A DNA stretch of 64,000 bases, from the NCBI RefSeq assembly GCF_009914755.1, contig NC_060929.1; one strand, given 5' to 3'. Positions 43,773 through 58,969 of this stretch are shown in pieces. Position 1 is the stretch's first letter, and each line of letters starts with the position of its first letter. The notes under the pieces were generated by a model, which ran no database searches, was not told the origin of the DNA, and saw nothing but the letters and a program-made list of their open reading frames with translations. Origin of the DNA: the human T2T-CHM13v2.0 reference genome, Homo sapiens. A program made the position numbers and the translations under genes.

Positions 43773-45169
43773 GATTACAATAACATCAGACTAAAATAAT
43801 AAATTCTAATGACACATTATTTATTATGAAAGGCAGTTTCAATATTACTATTTACATAATTCGCACGTTCAAGATCTGTTTGCTAAATCCTATAACATGC
43901 CTATTTTTAATTTGAGAGAAGAAATTGACTAAGACATTCATACTGAACAACACATGCGAATAACACATTCTTTCATTAAAAAACAATAAATGTAGTGGCA
44001 TATGCTTCTACTTAGCATCATCCTTTACTTGTTTATACCCAAATAAACGCAGCTGGCAACCATGGAATTCCAAAGTCCACTTTCCTCTGCTGTTTTCCCC
44101 AACAGTGGTACATACGTTGCATGGTGATTACAAGAATCATCCAAGGCATAATTTTAAATTTTAAGGCTAAACATGCTTCAGGAAGAAACTTTCTGAAAAT
44201 GGATTAGCTTACTTTAATAATGTCACATGTCTGCACAGATAAGAATTACTACAGCCCTCTAGGCTAAATATCTATATAGGTGGATAGGTTGCAAAGTCAG
44301 GCTACTGAACATCAATAAAAACGGCAAATGCAATTCAATATTTGCTTTTTTTATCCTGGTTTTTCAACTATTATGGTGGATATAGTTTTATCACAAGTCC
44401 CTGAATTAACGAAGAGACTATATTGGTAAACAGAAATGAATTTCATGCTCCACAAAGAGAAAATGAGTTGCTATGGAAAATATACCCCAAAGTAAGAATA
44501 AAATTTTATAATTTCTCTTAAAAGTATCGAAAAAATAATTTTTAAAAATGTGACTGGAAACACTGATGTCCAGAGAAGAGCTAAACAGGTGTAAAAGTGC
44601 TCCTTCCTCCCAGGAAATTCACTTTCTGCAGCTCAGCTCCTTTAAAACACACAGAGCTCTCTGGATTTCAGGGATGAATACCATTACCTCACAATGTTTG
44701 ATTTATAATTTTTTAAAAATCAAAATACAGATAGATGCTGAGTGACACTAAGATTGTTCAAGATTCTTTTCATTCTAACTATTCATTCTAGGTAGCCTGT
44801 TCACAAACAGGCATTCTAATCTTTACCCAGTAATTTATAAAATATCGGCTGGTTTCAGAAAGAAAAAAAATACTCTGGCATAGAATCTAAACTTTTGATG
44901 TAGTTCATTTAAAATTGAAGAATTTTGAAATTTGAAATACACATAATATGTGCGCACATTTGTCTGAAGTACATAGGTTTGCGATCTATCCTAATATATG
45001 TATATGACACTGATCAATTGTAGGGTGAAGAAAAACTTTCTCCAGAAAAATCTTACATCACACTCATCAGTGTTACTCATTGATGGCTACAGCGATGAGT
45101 TCCTGTTGTGTTTGAAGTACTGTATATTTGCCTCTCAGACTTTCTTGGCTACCCTGACAAGCAAGTGGC

Positions 45170-45290
45170 ATCATCTCCATGTCACACTTCAGGGAACTAA
45201 TGTGACTCACCAAAGACCACAGAGCTAGAAGGTGGCAAAGGCAGCTGAAGTTTAAAACCAAGTCTGAGGGACTTCAAAACCTGTCCCCTC
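45170..45290 (-). mobile_element. MIR fragment
   Basis: 'gtgactcaccaaagaccacagagctagaaggtggcaaagg...aaaccaagtctg'. Confidence 0.6.
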
Positions 45291-46261
45291 TGCAAGATGC
45301 CTCTCTCCTAAAACACAGCTTCTAATTCTTAACAGACACAACTATTCTATTAATAAATCATTAGCACCATCCCATCAAATGTGAGATGGTGGCACTAGCT
45401 AATATCAGAGGTTGACTTCTAAGACTAAAATCCATGTTATCAACAATGACATATGCGGCTGCAGCACTAGAAGCTGTCCCAATGTTTGGCAAAACACATC
45501 AGCTCTTCTTGGAGCCAGGGTATTTTAAGGAAGTGAAACTATGTCATTTCCAGAGTTATTGAGACCTACTCAAAATTTCTTTTCCATTTTCCCAAAATAA
45601 TCCAATCACTGGAAATTTTTTCATTGCTTATTGTAAATCATAGGAGGTTTCAGCCGAAATATCAGGGACTCAGAGTATCAGACTATCAGAAAGCCCAGAA
45701 TCATTAATGACAAATCAGAAGAGATTTCTATCTGAAAGTCTCCATTTTGGTTTGGGTATATTCAAAGAACATATAACCTAGTATTATCAGCCATGATATA
45801 TTCCCCAAAAAGAAAACCCTTATTCAAAACACATTCAGAATTGCATTTGTGTAATTTAGGCATTTTGCTTTGCATCAGATAAAGATGTAACATGAATCTC
45901 TTTTTTTTTTGTGCATGTACACTTGTACTCTTCCTTTTAAAACTTATTCTATTAGTTTCTCCAGGATTTATACTACTCTTCTTGAAAATCATTTATTACA
46001 CGATAATATAACTTTTTAATAGAAATGGGATTGTTTTATGAAGATTTGAAACTCATTCTCTTATGGAGTGTTACAGAAATACAAATTTATTCTATCAACA
46101 TTAACACTTTATAGGATTTCACATATTTAAAAAGAACAACAGGCAGAATTAACTGTTCTTAGCAGCAAATTATTTACTTTGTTCCTCTCCACATGAGTTT
46201 TCCTATATTTTCTATAACACTTCTTAGATGACATTAGGACTCTACTTATAAAAACATAATA

Positions 46262-46568
<307 letters not shown>

Positions 46569-46711
46569 AATTAAATTCATTAACATAATATTTGTATATG
46601 TTCAAAAACAATTTTATTCATACAAATCAAGTATTTGTTTAGAGGGATTTTTTGATTGGTCTGCACTATGCACTCACAAGACATAATGTAATAGGATATT
46701 CATAACAGAAA

Positions 46712-47022
46712 GTTTTTTTTCCTTTTTTTTTTTGTTGAGACAGAGTCTTGCTCTGTTGCCCAGGCTGCAGTGCAGTGGCACGATCTCAGCTCACTGCAAT
46801 CTCCACCTCCTGGTTTCAAGCAAGTCTCTCTCATGCCTCAGCCTTCCAAGTATCTGGGACTACAGGAACGCACCACCATGCCCAGCTAATTTTTTGTATT
46901 TTAGTAGAGATGGGGGCTTCACTATGTTGCCCAGGCTGGTCTCGAATTCCTGAGCTCAGGCAATCCGCCCATCTCAGCCTCCCAAAGTGCTAGGATTACA
47001 GGTGTGAGCCACCGCGCCTGGC
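46712..47022 (-). mobile_element. AluS (older)
   Basis: Full antisense Alu. Confidence 0.95.
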
Positions 47023-49119
47023 TTTTTTTTTTTCTTTCCAGAAGAGAAATCATTTGGATTCTTTCTTAAAAATCAGAAAAAAAAATTCTGAGTATTAGAA
47101 AATGGAATGCTGGCAAATAATTTAACTCTTTTTTTTTTTTGCAGTGTAACATTGAAGTTGGAAGTACTTAACTTGTTCAAGTTCTAAGGCTGGACGGGAC
47201 AGATAGGAACTTCTGGGTTTTTGGTTGTTCCTTTGGGTTGGCTTAGGAAGAATGCATAGCACTAGATCCTTTAAACCATTCAAAGACTGATAGTAAAAAA
47301 CGCCAAGCAGAGGACTGAAAAATGGAACTGAAGTAGGTATAGAAAGCTACTTTATTCAGATGGAGAGTAGTAAGAGAAAATCAGTATCATTTTCCATTTG
47401 TGTTTCCAAGGTGATGCATAGTGCAAAGAACGATACTTATTTTGCCAAGTACAGTGAAAATACTATTCTCTGGGCCCCAACTTAATGTTTTTCTAATTCA
47501 CGTAATCGCATGGTGCATACACTATGATCATGATCTTTCCATTGTGGGTGGAAATAATTTGTTCAAACCATGTGTATCTGTGTGAAGCACAAACAGAGCT
47601 GGTGCATCCCTACACTCATCATGGGACTGATATTGACTTTATTTCCAAGTATACACCAGAAATTTCAGATTAAATGGCAAGACATGACCTTTTATGTCTC
47701 TTTTCAGAGGCAGCTTAGAAAGCTCTCTGGGAGTCAATTCCTCCTCCTTCCTCCCTTCTGCCTCTTAGTTGTTGAGGTGTTGGTTTAAAATCAATCATTT
47801 TGTCATTCAAGAAGTGATCATACCTCCCTAACAGGAGAGAAAAGAAGTGGATGAAAAAAGATGACATTTTACTTTAGATAATGGCAACTAATGCTTATAA
47901 AAGAAGGTTTTTTTTTCTGCTCAGAATTAAAGTAATCATATATAATAAGAGCATTTTGTTTTCCATCCGAACCAAGAATGCTTGCTCAGGCGCCTTTGAG
48001 AAATAACACAAGATTACTTATGCTGTTAGATTCTGTCAGCATAAATCTTCCCCAATGGTGATGGGAATGCATTTATTTATTTATTTATTTTGGAAAAATG
48101 ACATCTTTCATATGCCATGAGAAGGACTACTGCTAAATTAACACAATTAAAGGCAGCAGAACTTTTATCCGTTTCTACAAATTAATATGTGCACTGCAGA
48201 GCATGCACAAGACTGCACATTCAATTTCAGTCTTTCCTCACTTGGGCCAATATCTACATATTACCATCACTTATTTATCATCTAATCGAATCATCTGGGC
48301 AATAGATTGTTATGGGTTCTGCTACTTCTTGATGTGCCCCAAGGGAAGAAGGGTTGTGTTTGGTTTTCCTCCCTGCGTCAAGGAGACAATGTTGGTTTTA
48401 CCCACATATAATTTTTTTTTCTTTTGCCTTTTTGATGCTTTTTTTTTTTTGGTGTGCAAAAGAGGGCATAATGGAGACGGAATAGAGAATCATTTTAAAA
48501 ACACCCTCTAGTTTTACCTGATATTTCATTTACAGCAACACGAGTTAGGTGTAGATTTCTAGTTTCACATCTGTGTCCAGACACAGGTGCTGTGACCCAG
48601 CAGAGAACTACGTCACGTGAGTTGAGGGGATACTTCCTGTGTCCTCAGTTGCACACATCTATATTTCAACCCCAATACCTGGGAAGGTTGCCTCAAACAT
48701 GTTCTGTTATTCAACATTTCTATTATAAATTATATTTTCCAAAAGTACATCCAGGGTGAAGGTATGGGAACTATCACCTTATTTGGTGCTTTTGTTCTTG
48801 GCTTTAAAAAAGGGAAAAATTATTAAAAAGACGATTTAAAAATTATTAAAAGATAAAGCTTTCAATATATTGTATTTTTCCATTGAATGCTGCTAAGTAT
48901 AATTTATTATAGTGGAGTTTTAATATGAAGGCACTACTTATTTTTCTACATAAAGTGGCAAATTTAAGATTGCCACATTGTTTATAGAGGTAAGATCTAA
49001 ATGAAAATCTAGAACTCTGGTCTTCATATTCTGAAGACAGTGATTTTTATCACCAGCAGCATAATTGTACTAAATTGTCTAAACTTGTTCATTTTGTAAA
49101 CTGTAAAATAACAACAATA

Positions 49120-49700
49120 ATAAAATTAAAAACTTGTAATAGCCACTTAATTGGTGTCAAGCACTCTCTTAAGCACTTTCCGTATATTGTCTCATTTAAT
49201 TTTCACCTTATTTATTTCTTTTTTATAACAAATCTTTGAGAGTGAGGTGAGGTGGCTCACGTCTGTAATCCTTGCACTTTGAGAGGCTGAAGTGGGAAGA
49301 CTGCTTGAGTCCAGGAGTTTAAGACCAGCCTGGGCAACATAGTGAGACCCTGTCTCTACACAATTTTTTTTTTAAGTTGCCAGGCATGGTGGTGCATGCC
49401 TGTAGTCCCAGCTACTCAGAGTCTGAGGGAGGAGGATTGCTTGAGCCCAGGTAATCTCAAAACTTGGAATTTTCTAGAAGTAGAATTGCTATATATATCA
49501 GCAGCATGATAGAGAAACAATATTAATTATTAAATTTCCATGACAATTGACTTCAGTCATCACATTAACCAATGACATCCTCTGTAATATTATACTATTT
49601 TTAAGACAATAAGAAATGACCTCATTTGTTCAATGTCACAGAGCCAGTGAGTGGCAGGGCCAGGACTCTCCACTCCATAGTTGGCATTTTTTCTACTTCA
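49120..49700 (-). mobile_element. MIR relic interrupted by AluJ
   Basis: 'gtgtcaagcactctcttaagcactttccgtatattgtctcatttaat' and 'gtcacagagccagtgagtggcagggccagga'. Confidence 0.65.
49240..49451 (+). mobile_element. 3'-truncated AluJ
   Basis: Left arm plus partial right arm ending at 'gcttgagcccagg'. Confidence 0.92.
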
Positions 49701-50064
49701 TCTTCTTAAGAAATCTGTATACTCCTTGATTCTTCATTGTCAGAAATGGAGATAAATTATCAGTAGTGCCTCAGGGTTGTGCTGGATTATTCTCCAAAGG
49801 CAGGCATTTTTGGCCATCTCTCTATCCATGCACAGGACACTTGTGTAGGATCCAGCAGAGCAGATTTCTGCCATCATCATGGGTGACTTCAAGATCCAAC
49901 AACATGGCCCATCAGTTCTTTGCCTGCCTCTAACTCATTCCATGACAGCTGTTGACTGCAGTCCATGGGCTCTCCTCTGATTGCAACCCCTTCTATTCCT
50001 AACTCCTTTAGAAACTCAACAACCGTGATGGCTGATGAGACGCAAGACACTGAAATCTTACTTG

Positions 50065-50250
50065 CATGGGCTCTGAAGTCTGACCCTTGGACTTCAGCTC
50101 AGTTCCAGCTCTGCCACTTACTAGCTGAGCATGTTTTCATGACATGATAACAGTATGGATCTAAAGATGTTATTAAGATTAAATGAGTTCATATGTGAAA
50201 GAGCCAAAACAGTCTCTAGCATTTAGGTACTGCCTAAGAAATAGCATCTT
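50065..50250 (+). mobile_element. MIR
   Basis: 'gcatgggctctgaagtctgac...ccagctctgccacttactagctg...aagattaaatgagttcatatgtgaaag'. Confidence 0.7.
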
Positions 50251-50869
50251 ACTAAGTCGTTCAACTCCTCACCTCTCCAATCTCTCTAGTCCTCACCAAG
50301 GGGTCTACTCAGGAAACACCCTAAGTTTTGCTTACTTAAAAGCTAAAATATATGACTGTGGATATGTAAGAGGAAGACAGGCCCAGGGGAACATGCTGGG
50401 CAACTTCCATGACAGTTGTTTCATAAACAGCTGAGGTATGGATTGGGTAGTTTATACACACAGGATGGGAGTGAAGTCCACACCAGCTGATGGATTCAGA
50501 GTAAGTGTGCCATGAGAAAACTAGGAACATGGCAATCCTGGAAAACAGAAGCAGGAATGAGTTGTCCAAAGTCCATTTCTACATAAGCCTCATGGCTGGG
50601 CAACTTTCAGGTGGACCCTTGAGGATGTGAAATCTCCTAATGGACGCTTTAGTGCCTGAGCAGACACAGTTGGGAAGGCAGAGGTGGAAACCAGGAAGAG
50701 CGCAAATCCTGCATCTCTAGTCCATTATTTTTCTGAATGAGACCAGGAGAACAGAAGTTCTACAAGATGTTAATAGTTGCACCCTATTGGTCCTTCAGTT
50801 CTACTTCCCTCTTGGAGATTCATAAGGTACAACTTTAGCAGAGGTTATGGTGCCGGTCTAACTCAAAGA

Positions 50870-51190
50870 TTTGTTTTTTGTTTTATTTTTTGAGACAAGG
50901 TTTCACTGTTGCCCAGGCTGGAGTGCAGTGGTGCAATCATGGCTCACTGCAGCCTGGAGTCCCTGGGTTGAAGCAATAGAGCAATAGATCCTCCTGCCTC
51001 AACCTCTGGAATAGCTGGGACTGTAGGCACGCACCACCACCACGACTGTTTCTTTTCTTTTTTTTTTTTTGGTAGAGATGGCATTTTGCCATGTTCCCCA
51101 CCCTGGTCTTGAACTTCTGGGCTCAGGCAATTTTCCCACCTCAGCCTCCCAAAGTGTTGTGATTATAGGCACGAGCCACCATGCCTGGCC
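50870..51190 (-). mobile_element. AluJ
   Basis: Antisense Alu with a small internal duplication 'agcaatagagcaatag'. Confidence 0.93.
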
Positions 51191-52759
51191 CTTAAGGACT
51201 TCTTATAAGGAATCAATAAATAAGGTGAAAATTAAACGAGACAATACACAGAAAGTGCTTAGCAGAGTGCTTGACACCAATTTAGTGGCTATTACAAGTT
51301 TTTGTTATTATTGTTGTTATATTACCATTTACAGAGTTAAAGAGTTTAAAGGATTTAGTACAACAATGCTGTCGATGATGAAAATCATTCTATCTTTAGA
51401 ATAGGAAGACCAGAGTTCTAGATTTTCATTTAGATCTTACTTCTGTAAACAATGTGGCAGTCTGAAATTTGCCACTTTATGTAGAAAAATAAGTAGAGTC
51501 TTCATATTAAAACCCCACCATAGGAGACTCTACTCGGAAGAATTCAGTGGAAAGGTATTGTTTTGTCTTATTAAATACAATATATTGAAAGATAAAGATA
51601 ATTGCTTGTTCTGCCCCTTTTTAAAGCCAAGAACAAAAGCACCATGTATGGGGACAGACTTAAAGTTGCCTGACTTTTCATGCTGCTAAGTACGTCTGTT
51701 CTAAGAATATGAAATGTTTTCAGGTAGTTCTTTTATTTGTCTACCAGGCAAGGAAACTATTTCTTCCCTATATACCATGAATTCCAAAAACCTGCAGAAG
51801 GACATTTTAAAATATACTTTATTTAAAACATTAAAACTAATGACAATAAAACTTTTGTATATTTCTACATGGAAGGAGTTGTGGGTACACTTGGCAGAGT
51901 GCATTTAGTCAAGATTGTATTTAATATTTTATGATTCTATAAGTACATTTAGGTCAATGTCAAGTTGTAAGTACCTACAAATGAATTCAGAACCTACATT
52001 CTTCACATGTCTCACGAACTTGTGGTCAATGTACTGATAGTGTCTGATGGTTAATGCCTCAAGTAATCTGATTAAATGACTATTCTTATATTGCAAAATT
52101 CATACTTAGAATTTTGATGAAGCTGAACCTTTCTCACACAATAATATTTGCCTATCATGTTGACAAGATCACCCGACTGGGATGGAAAGAGTTCTTAAAC
52201 CCCTTTGGTAACAGATTTAATGGTCCTGTCTTCAATACATGATGCCCGCAACAATCCAGTCTACAAATACACTCAGAGGGAGCCTCCAACATAGGTGAGA
52301 CTGTGGCAATATGTGCCCACAACCCCACCAAAATCTTACATCTCACCCAGATCACGGGACTACTGACAGAATTCAAACTATCTCAGGAAAAATTTATCCA
52401 AGAACAAAGAGAAAACAGATGCCCTATGAGAGAAAGCCAATGGGAGAAATGCAAAGAATAAAGCTTGGAATTAACATCTAATTTCTGGCATCCATTGTAA
52501 TTGTCCAGCCAATTTCCAAATTTGATGTATATCTGAATAACCTAAATGTTGAGACACTAGATGTCACTCATATTTTAATACTGAGAAGTGTGTTTAGATA
52601 TGAGAACCAAAAATATGCACCTTCTACTGTTCTCTACTATGCTGTCCCCACTAACTGAGTGATGCTCTACCCCCATTGGGGGCCCCTGTGCATTTCTCTG
52701 CTTGTTTTTGGATCTGGCCCTTGCTCAGGCTATTCTAGTCTGGGTGATCTCCTTCCAGT

Positions 52760-53345
<586 letters not shown>

Positions 53346-56219
53346 ACGTGCGCTGAAGGGACAGAAAAACATAGATAAGTAAGGCACTGTCCCATCTCAT
53401 GTGCATGTGGAACTGGAAATGCATGCAGAATGCCGAGAGAACACAGTACAACTCGGTCCAAACCCAGCCCTTTCACGGGAACCTGAGAGTAAATGTAACT
53501 GCAAACCCAGAAAATGAAAATTAGGCCAGGTAGGACTATTTGCACTAAGATGCAAAGACACCTGGGAAATTGCTTGTGAACTTCTTGATATTAGAAATAG
53601 GCATGTCTCAAACTAGTAGAGTTTCATGAACTCGGTGGTAGACCTTTGCTTGGGGTGGTCTAACGCCAGAGACCCCAGCTGAAGCTTGCTGTGGATGTGT
53701 CACCTCTGTCCCTTCAATGTGGTTGACCTATGCATCTTGAGCATGTTGTAGCTCGAATGAGCAAGAATCATAAACTCATGGACTTTCCAAGCTGGAATGG
53801 ATTTTAGGCATCATTCAGCCAACACTTCTTGTAAACAAAGAAACAAAAGAGTGACATTTAAGAAAATTTCAAATGTTTGCACTCACGTTCAGGGAAACTA
53901 CTATCCAATAAGTAATTCAAGATTAGAAAGAAATAAGGATTGAGACATTGATTCTCAGAGATACTGTGCAGCATCTAGGTAAATTCTGGGTAAAGCTTAA
54001 AAATCTACACAAGAATAAAGTTTTGTTCATATTGCTGTTTCACTATTAGATTTTAGGTGGTACTGGATAACCTAGGTTATATTGAGTCTTAGGGTCTGTT
54101 CTGAACTGACAAAATACCATCGAGGAGGAAAACAAGGGTAGGAGGTGATCAACACCCCAGGTGGTGACCAGATCACAGTGGTTTCAGGGCCTCCACAGAG
54201 GGTTCCTGAGATTTGGTCTCAGTGCTCACAAATGAATGTCCCCACCCCACTATAATCCAGGGATATCTAAACACACTTCTGTGGGTTTTGCCCCAGCATA
54301 CCAAGCAGAGGGCATAATTCCTGGCCAAGAGCAAAGACTGAGGATCAGAAAGGTCATAGTTCCAATTTTATGGTCTAGGTTCTTTATTCTTTGATTTCGA
54401 TGACCTCGTGGGCATAGGACTTGGGGGAGCTGCCCTCTCTCCTATAGGCCTGGCCTGGCTTTCTGGCCTTCACTGTGGATTTGACCTATTATAAAGCACT
54501 GATACACCCCTGACATATCACATCTCCCCTCAACTTGAGCCCTGGCCTTGGTCTCTTCAGCCTCCCTGCCTTTGCTGTTGTGGCAGCAGAGAGGAGTCCG
54601 ATAGTGTCATTAGTGGCCTCAGGCTTTAGTCTTAGATATTATGGGTATGTCTATAGAAGAAAGATTCTATTTTTTTTTTCCCCAGAGTAACAGAAGAATA
54701 TAGAAACAGGTTACGATGAGGAGAAAGCATCAACAAGAAATCTAAAGCTAAAAAGCACAAAAAATAAAAAGTAAATTTAAAAATATAAATGGAAAATAAA
54801 TTCCATTAGTTGGGGTGCTCGAAAGTAACTTACTTTTATGTTATGTGCTGTTGTTGTTGTTTTTAATAATTTTTAATAATTTAATAAATACCAACTAAGA
54901 AATGAGCTATCACTCTAATCTATGTGTTTCTTAACACTTGTCTGCAGCAAATAAACCACCACCAAGAAAAGAAACAAGAAAAAAAGGACAACAAAATGAC
55001 CTATCAGAAGCTGCCTCGGCCTCATGTGGACTTGGCACGGATGCCCTCCTGTCCCACATCTGCAGACTCCTCAGTCTTCATATCAAATGTGGACCATCCA
55101 TCAATCTTAGTCCTGCATTTAAAACTCATTAAAAAGCTGTTTGCCATTCCCTTCAAAGATTAATCACACAAGTCCAACATAATAGCTTTGACAATTTAAA
55201 TCCTCCCATTTTAGCATTTCATTTCAAGTGTACTGTAATTATATTGCTTCTGGCTAACTTAGAAAATATATTCAAATAATAAGCCTACTTTTGGTATATG
55301 ATACACTCTTAACACTATTCCTCATATTCATTATGTAGAAAACTTGAAAATGTACTTAGAAGCGTCTTCAGAGGTAAGAGTAATCTATTAATCCATCCAT
55401 CCATCTATCTCTTAAATTGCACAGTTATATAAATATGCAAATGTTCATCCAGGGAGACAATTATTCTTTGAGTGCTTTGGATTTTTGTACAATAACTTCC
55501 TTATTTTTAGTTTGTGTTTGTATTGAAAAATTTACACCAAACATCTCAGCCATTTGCTGTCTCAGGTTTATAAGCACATACATGATGGTAATGTGCTTCT
55601 CAGTTATGTGGTCATTAACCAGGACCCTTGTTTGTGGCTACTGTATCCTAGTACATTAGAGAGGAAAATGCTGCCTGCCATAATATTCCATGCCCCCATG
55701 TTCTGGCTTACTCCTTGCCAAGAGTGCGGTATGATAAATTCAAAGCACAAACTCTTTCGCATGGATATACAGATACCTGAGAGAGCACACATGGGGTGCT
55801 TCATTAAAAAAAAAAAAACTTTAAGGATTCTTTATATCATGACGCAAAAAGCAAACCTACTCACTCAATTTCTTATATGCTTTTAATGACTTAAAAAAGC
55901 ACTGGGCAATGGAGGCAGGAGTCTATGAACTACAGGTCCAGCTAAGCTTTGACAGCTGAGGAAAGCGTCCCTTACAAAAAAAAAAAAAGATTTCATTTGA
56001 AAATGAGAAAGACAAGTTTCTGGTTTCTTTTTTCATTCTCAAGTGATTAGTGAGGCAGGGTATAGAGATAGCCAAAATAAGTGTTAGTTTCAAAGCAATT
56101 TTAATTGATTATTTTGTGTTAACTCCTGTTAATTGATGATGAACTAGAACCAAAATTTACTTCCAAGAGTTCATCTAAGTGATATGAATAAAAATTAAAT
56201 TCTAAGTAGGTAGTAGATT

Positions 56220-56950
56220 TTGTTCATTCATTCATCTGATATTTATTGAGTTCCTACAAGTGCCTAGTCCTCTTTAGGCATTGAGGAATTCAGCAGTGAG
56301 CCAAACAGACAAAAATTCTTCCATTTGTAGTTGGGTGAGACAGATAAACAAAATAAATAAGTACATAATTCTGTAGCATGTTAGAAGGTGATGAAAAATA
56401 AAATAGGGACAGAAAGTGTCAAGGGTTCAGCTCTGCATAAAGTACTGTGAGGGGTTTCACTGAGAGGTACTAAGGCATGGTGATCACTGGGAGGAGAGAG
56501 TCCTGGGCAGAAGAAAGGGAGCCTGCAATGTTCTCCAGGGAGAAAGTGCCCAAGGTTAGAGCACCTGCAGCCCTGGGGTGCCAGGCAGCAGGACTTAGAC
56601 TTAGTGGGGGCAACAGGGCTCCAGACAACTAGGGCACAGTCATTGTTAGAGCTTCCATATTTACTCTGAGTATCCTCAGAGGCCTTGGGAAGTAGGGAGT
56701 GAAGTGATCAGACTTGTGTTTTTAATTATTATGCTGATACTTATGCTGAGAACACTCTGCTGGAGAACTGAAGCCAGCAGGCTAGCCATGGGGCAGAGAT
56801 ATACAGGTGAGAGCATGGTGGACCAGGGAGGAGAGAAGGTGGTGAGAAGTGGTTGATCCTGGCTAGATTATGAAAATGTGGGTGACAAGATTGGCTATTG
56901 GGTAGAATATGGGGTTTAAGAGATAAAAGGAGTTAAGCTTGGCTCCTGTA
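56220..56950 (-). mobile_element. L2a 3' region
   Basis: 'ttcattcattcatctgatatttattgagttcctac...cagcagtgagccaaacagacaaaa...ggtgagaagtggttgatcctgg'. Confidence 0.8.
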
Positions 56951-58139
56951 TTTTATTAACTAAAATTCTAGGAATATACCATGATGGATTTGATGTGGGT
57001 TGTTCAATCATTGTGATCATATTTATTTTAAATTCATAACAACATGGAAGAGGAAATGCCTTCCTCAGTTATTGTGAGTATGGGCTGAGATCCCAAAATG
57101 ATCTCTCCTTGCAGGCTTTGTTTCTTCTAGCTTAAAGGATATTTCTCTCTTCTTCCCCTCCCCCTAGCCCAAGATTTTCTCTTTAGACTTCCTAATCTTC
57201 ATAACTGATTTTTGTCTTTTGGAAGGCACATTTTCCTTAAACAGTCATGTTAAGAATAACTAAGATATTTTACATTTTTGCAGTAATTGTTCACATTGTT
57301 AATAATCTGCATAACTTTTCCTATTATGCAGTATTAAAATATTTTCCAAAAAGCCCCAGTCTTTTACTATGCATACCTATCCAGAGTTTTCCTTGAAATA
57401 GCACAGAATATCCAAAACTGAACTTTTTTTTTTTTTTTGCATTCTCTTCCTGTCCCTATTGTTATTTTCAGAAGTTGAGCACAGTTAATGGGTTGCTCAG
57501 AATTATTGTGGATAGAGATGCAATGTTTGTGCAACTGGTAAAAATTTGAAACATAATAAATGCAGCAACTGTACACCTAGGCATTCTCACATGATCGATG
57601 TCCCAATTTTGAAATGCTAGAATTAGGCAGACAAACAAAAGTGACACAGCTTTCCTGTCACCTTTATTTTTGCCAGACTGACTCGAATGAAGATCACTAT
57701 TGACTGTGGTGTTCCTGATGGGTAATTATTTCAGCACCAGCTACTGAAAAACTCATAGCTATAATTCAACATCTGTTTCCCCTTCCAAAAGGGCACAGAC
57801 CCTGAAAATATTAAAACCATCATGGTGACTAAATAATCTTAGCAAGTTGGTCCAGTTTAGACTCTCCAAATATACTGGCAGAAAGATGACCAACTCCATC
57901 TGGAGTTTGCTATTATTTCTAGGAATTTCCTTGTAAGATTGAGGGTGTTGCAGTAATTTACTTGGCTTCCTCATGGCAGAATGCAGTTGAAGACAACAGT
58001 CAACTTCCATCTCCAAGGTGCAGATGGCCAGTTCTGGATAACCTTTCCTAATGGCAGACTTTATGGAAACAGACCAGTGGTACAACTAAAAACGAACTTC
58101 ATGAAATTTTTATTTTCTAACTTAAAAAAACAAAACTAC

Positions 58140-58386
58140 TTATTGAAGAGGTGGGGTTTTCACTCTGTCACCCAGACTGGAGTATAGTAGTATGATCATA
58201 GCTCACTGCAACCTTGGACTCAAGCAATCCTCCCACCTCAGCCTCCTAAGTAGCTGGGACTACAGGCACATACCACCATGCCTGGCTAATTTTTAAATTC
58301 TTTGTAGAGACGGGGGCTTGCTATGTTGCCCAAGCTAGTCCTGAACTCCTAGCCTCAAGTGATCCTCCTGCCTTGGCCTCCCAAAG
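58140..58386 (-). mobile_element. AluJ (partial)
   Basis: 'tatgatcatagctcactgcaacc', 'ctatgttgcccaagctag'. Confidence 0.92.
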
Positions 58387-58969
58387 GACATAAAACCATT
58401 TTTAAATACAAAAGACTGTTCCATTGTACAGTCATTCACCTAAAAGGTAGCTCATTTGGAACAACTACTAATCTCCGCTGAGTTCTAAGCCTTTTTTCAG
58501 TATCCCAGGACTTATCTGTCAATTTACTACTAAGTTCCTTCTGATCCATTTTCTTTGAAAAAAATGAAAAATATACTAGTGTCCTCCAAATTCTATAATC
58601 AAATCCACACTAGACTATGATATATAACAGAAGAACATCTAAAAACTGAATTGTTAATGAAAAACTAGTAACAAGAAAATGTAATCTCTTCTCTCTTCCT
58701 TTTTTAAAAAGTTAAATATTGTCAGGAATCCTCTTCCATTCTATTTAAAGTACTTTAAGAAATCATGTCTCTAAAAATGACAATTAAAAAATTATCAACA
58801 GGAGGGCATACCTCATGAGATATTGACAAGATGACATTTCCAAGGCCCACATTAGTGGGGGTTCTGTAGGACCATCAGTGGGAAAGTCACTGACGCCATC
58901 TCCTGCCTTTTATCTTCCCCTCCCCCACCAAATCAGTTCCTTTTGACAAACTCATTTTCTGGGAAAACG

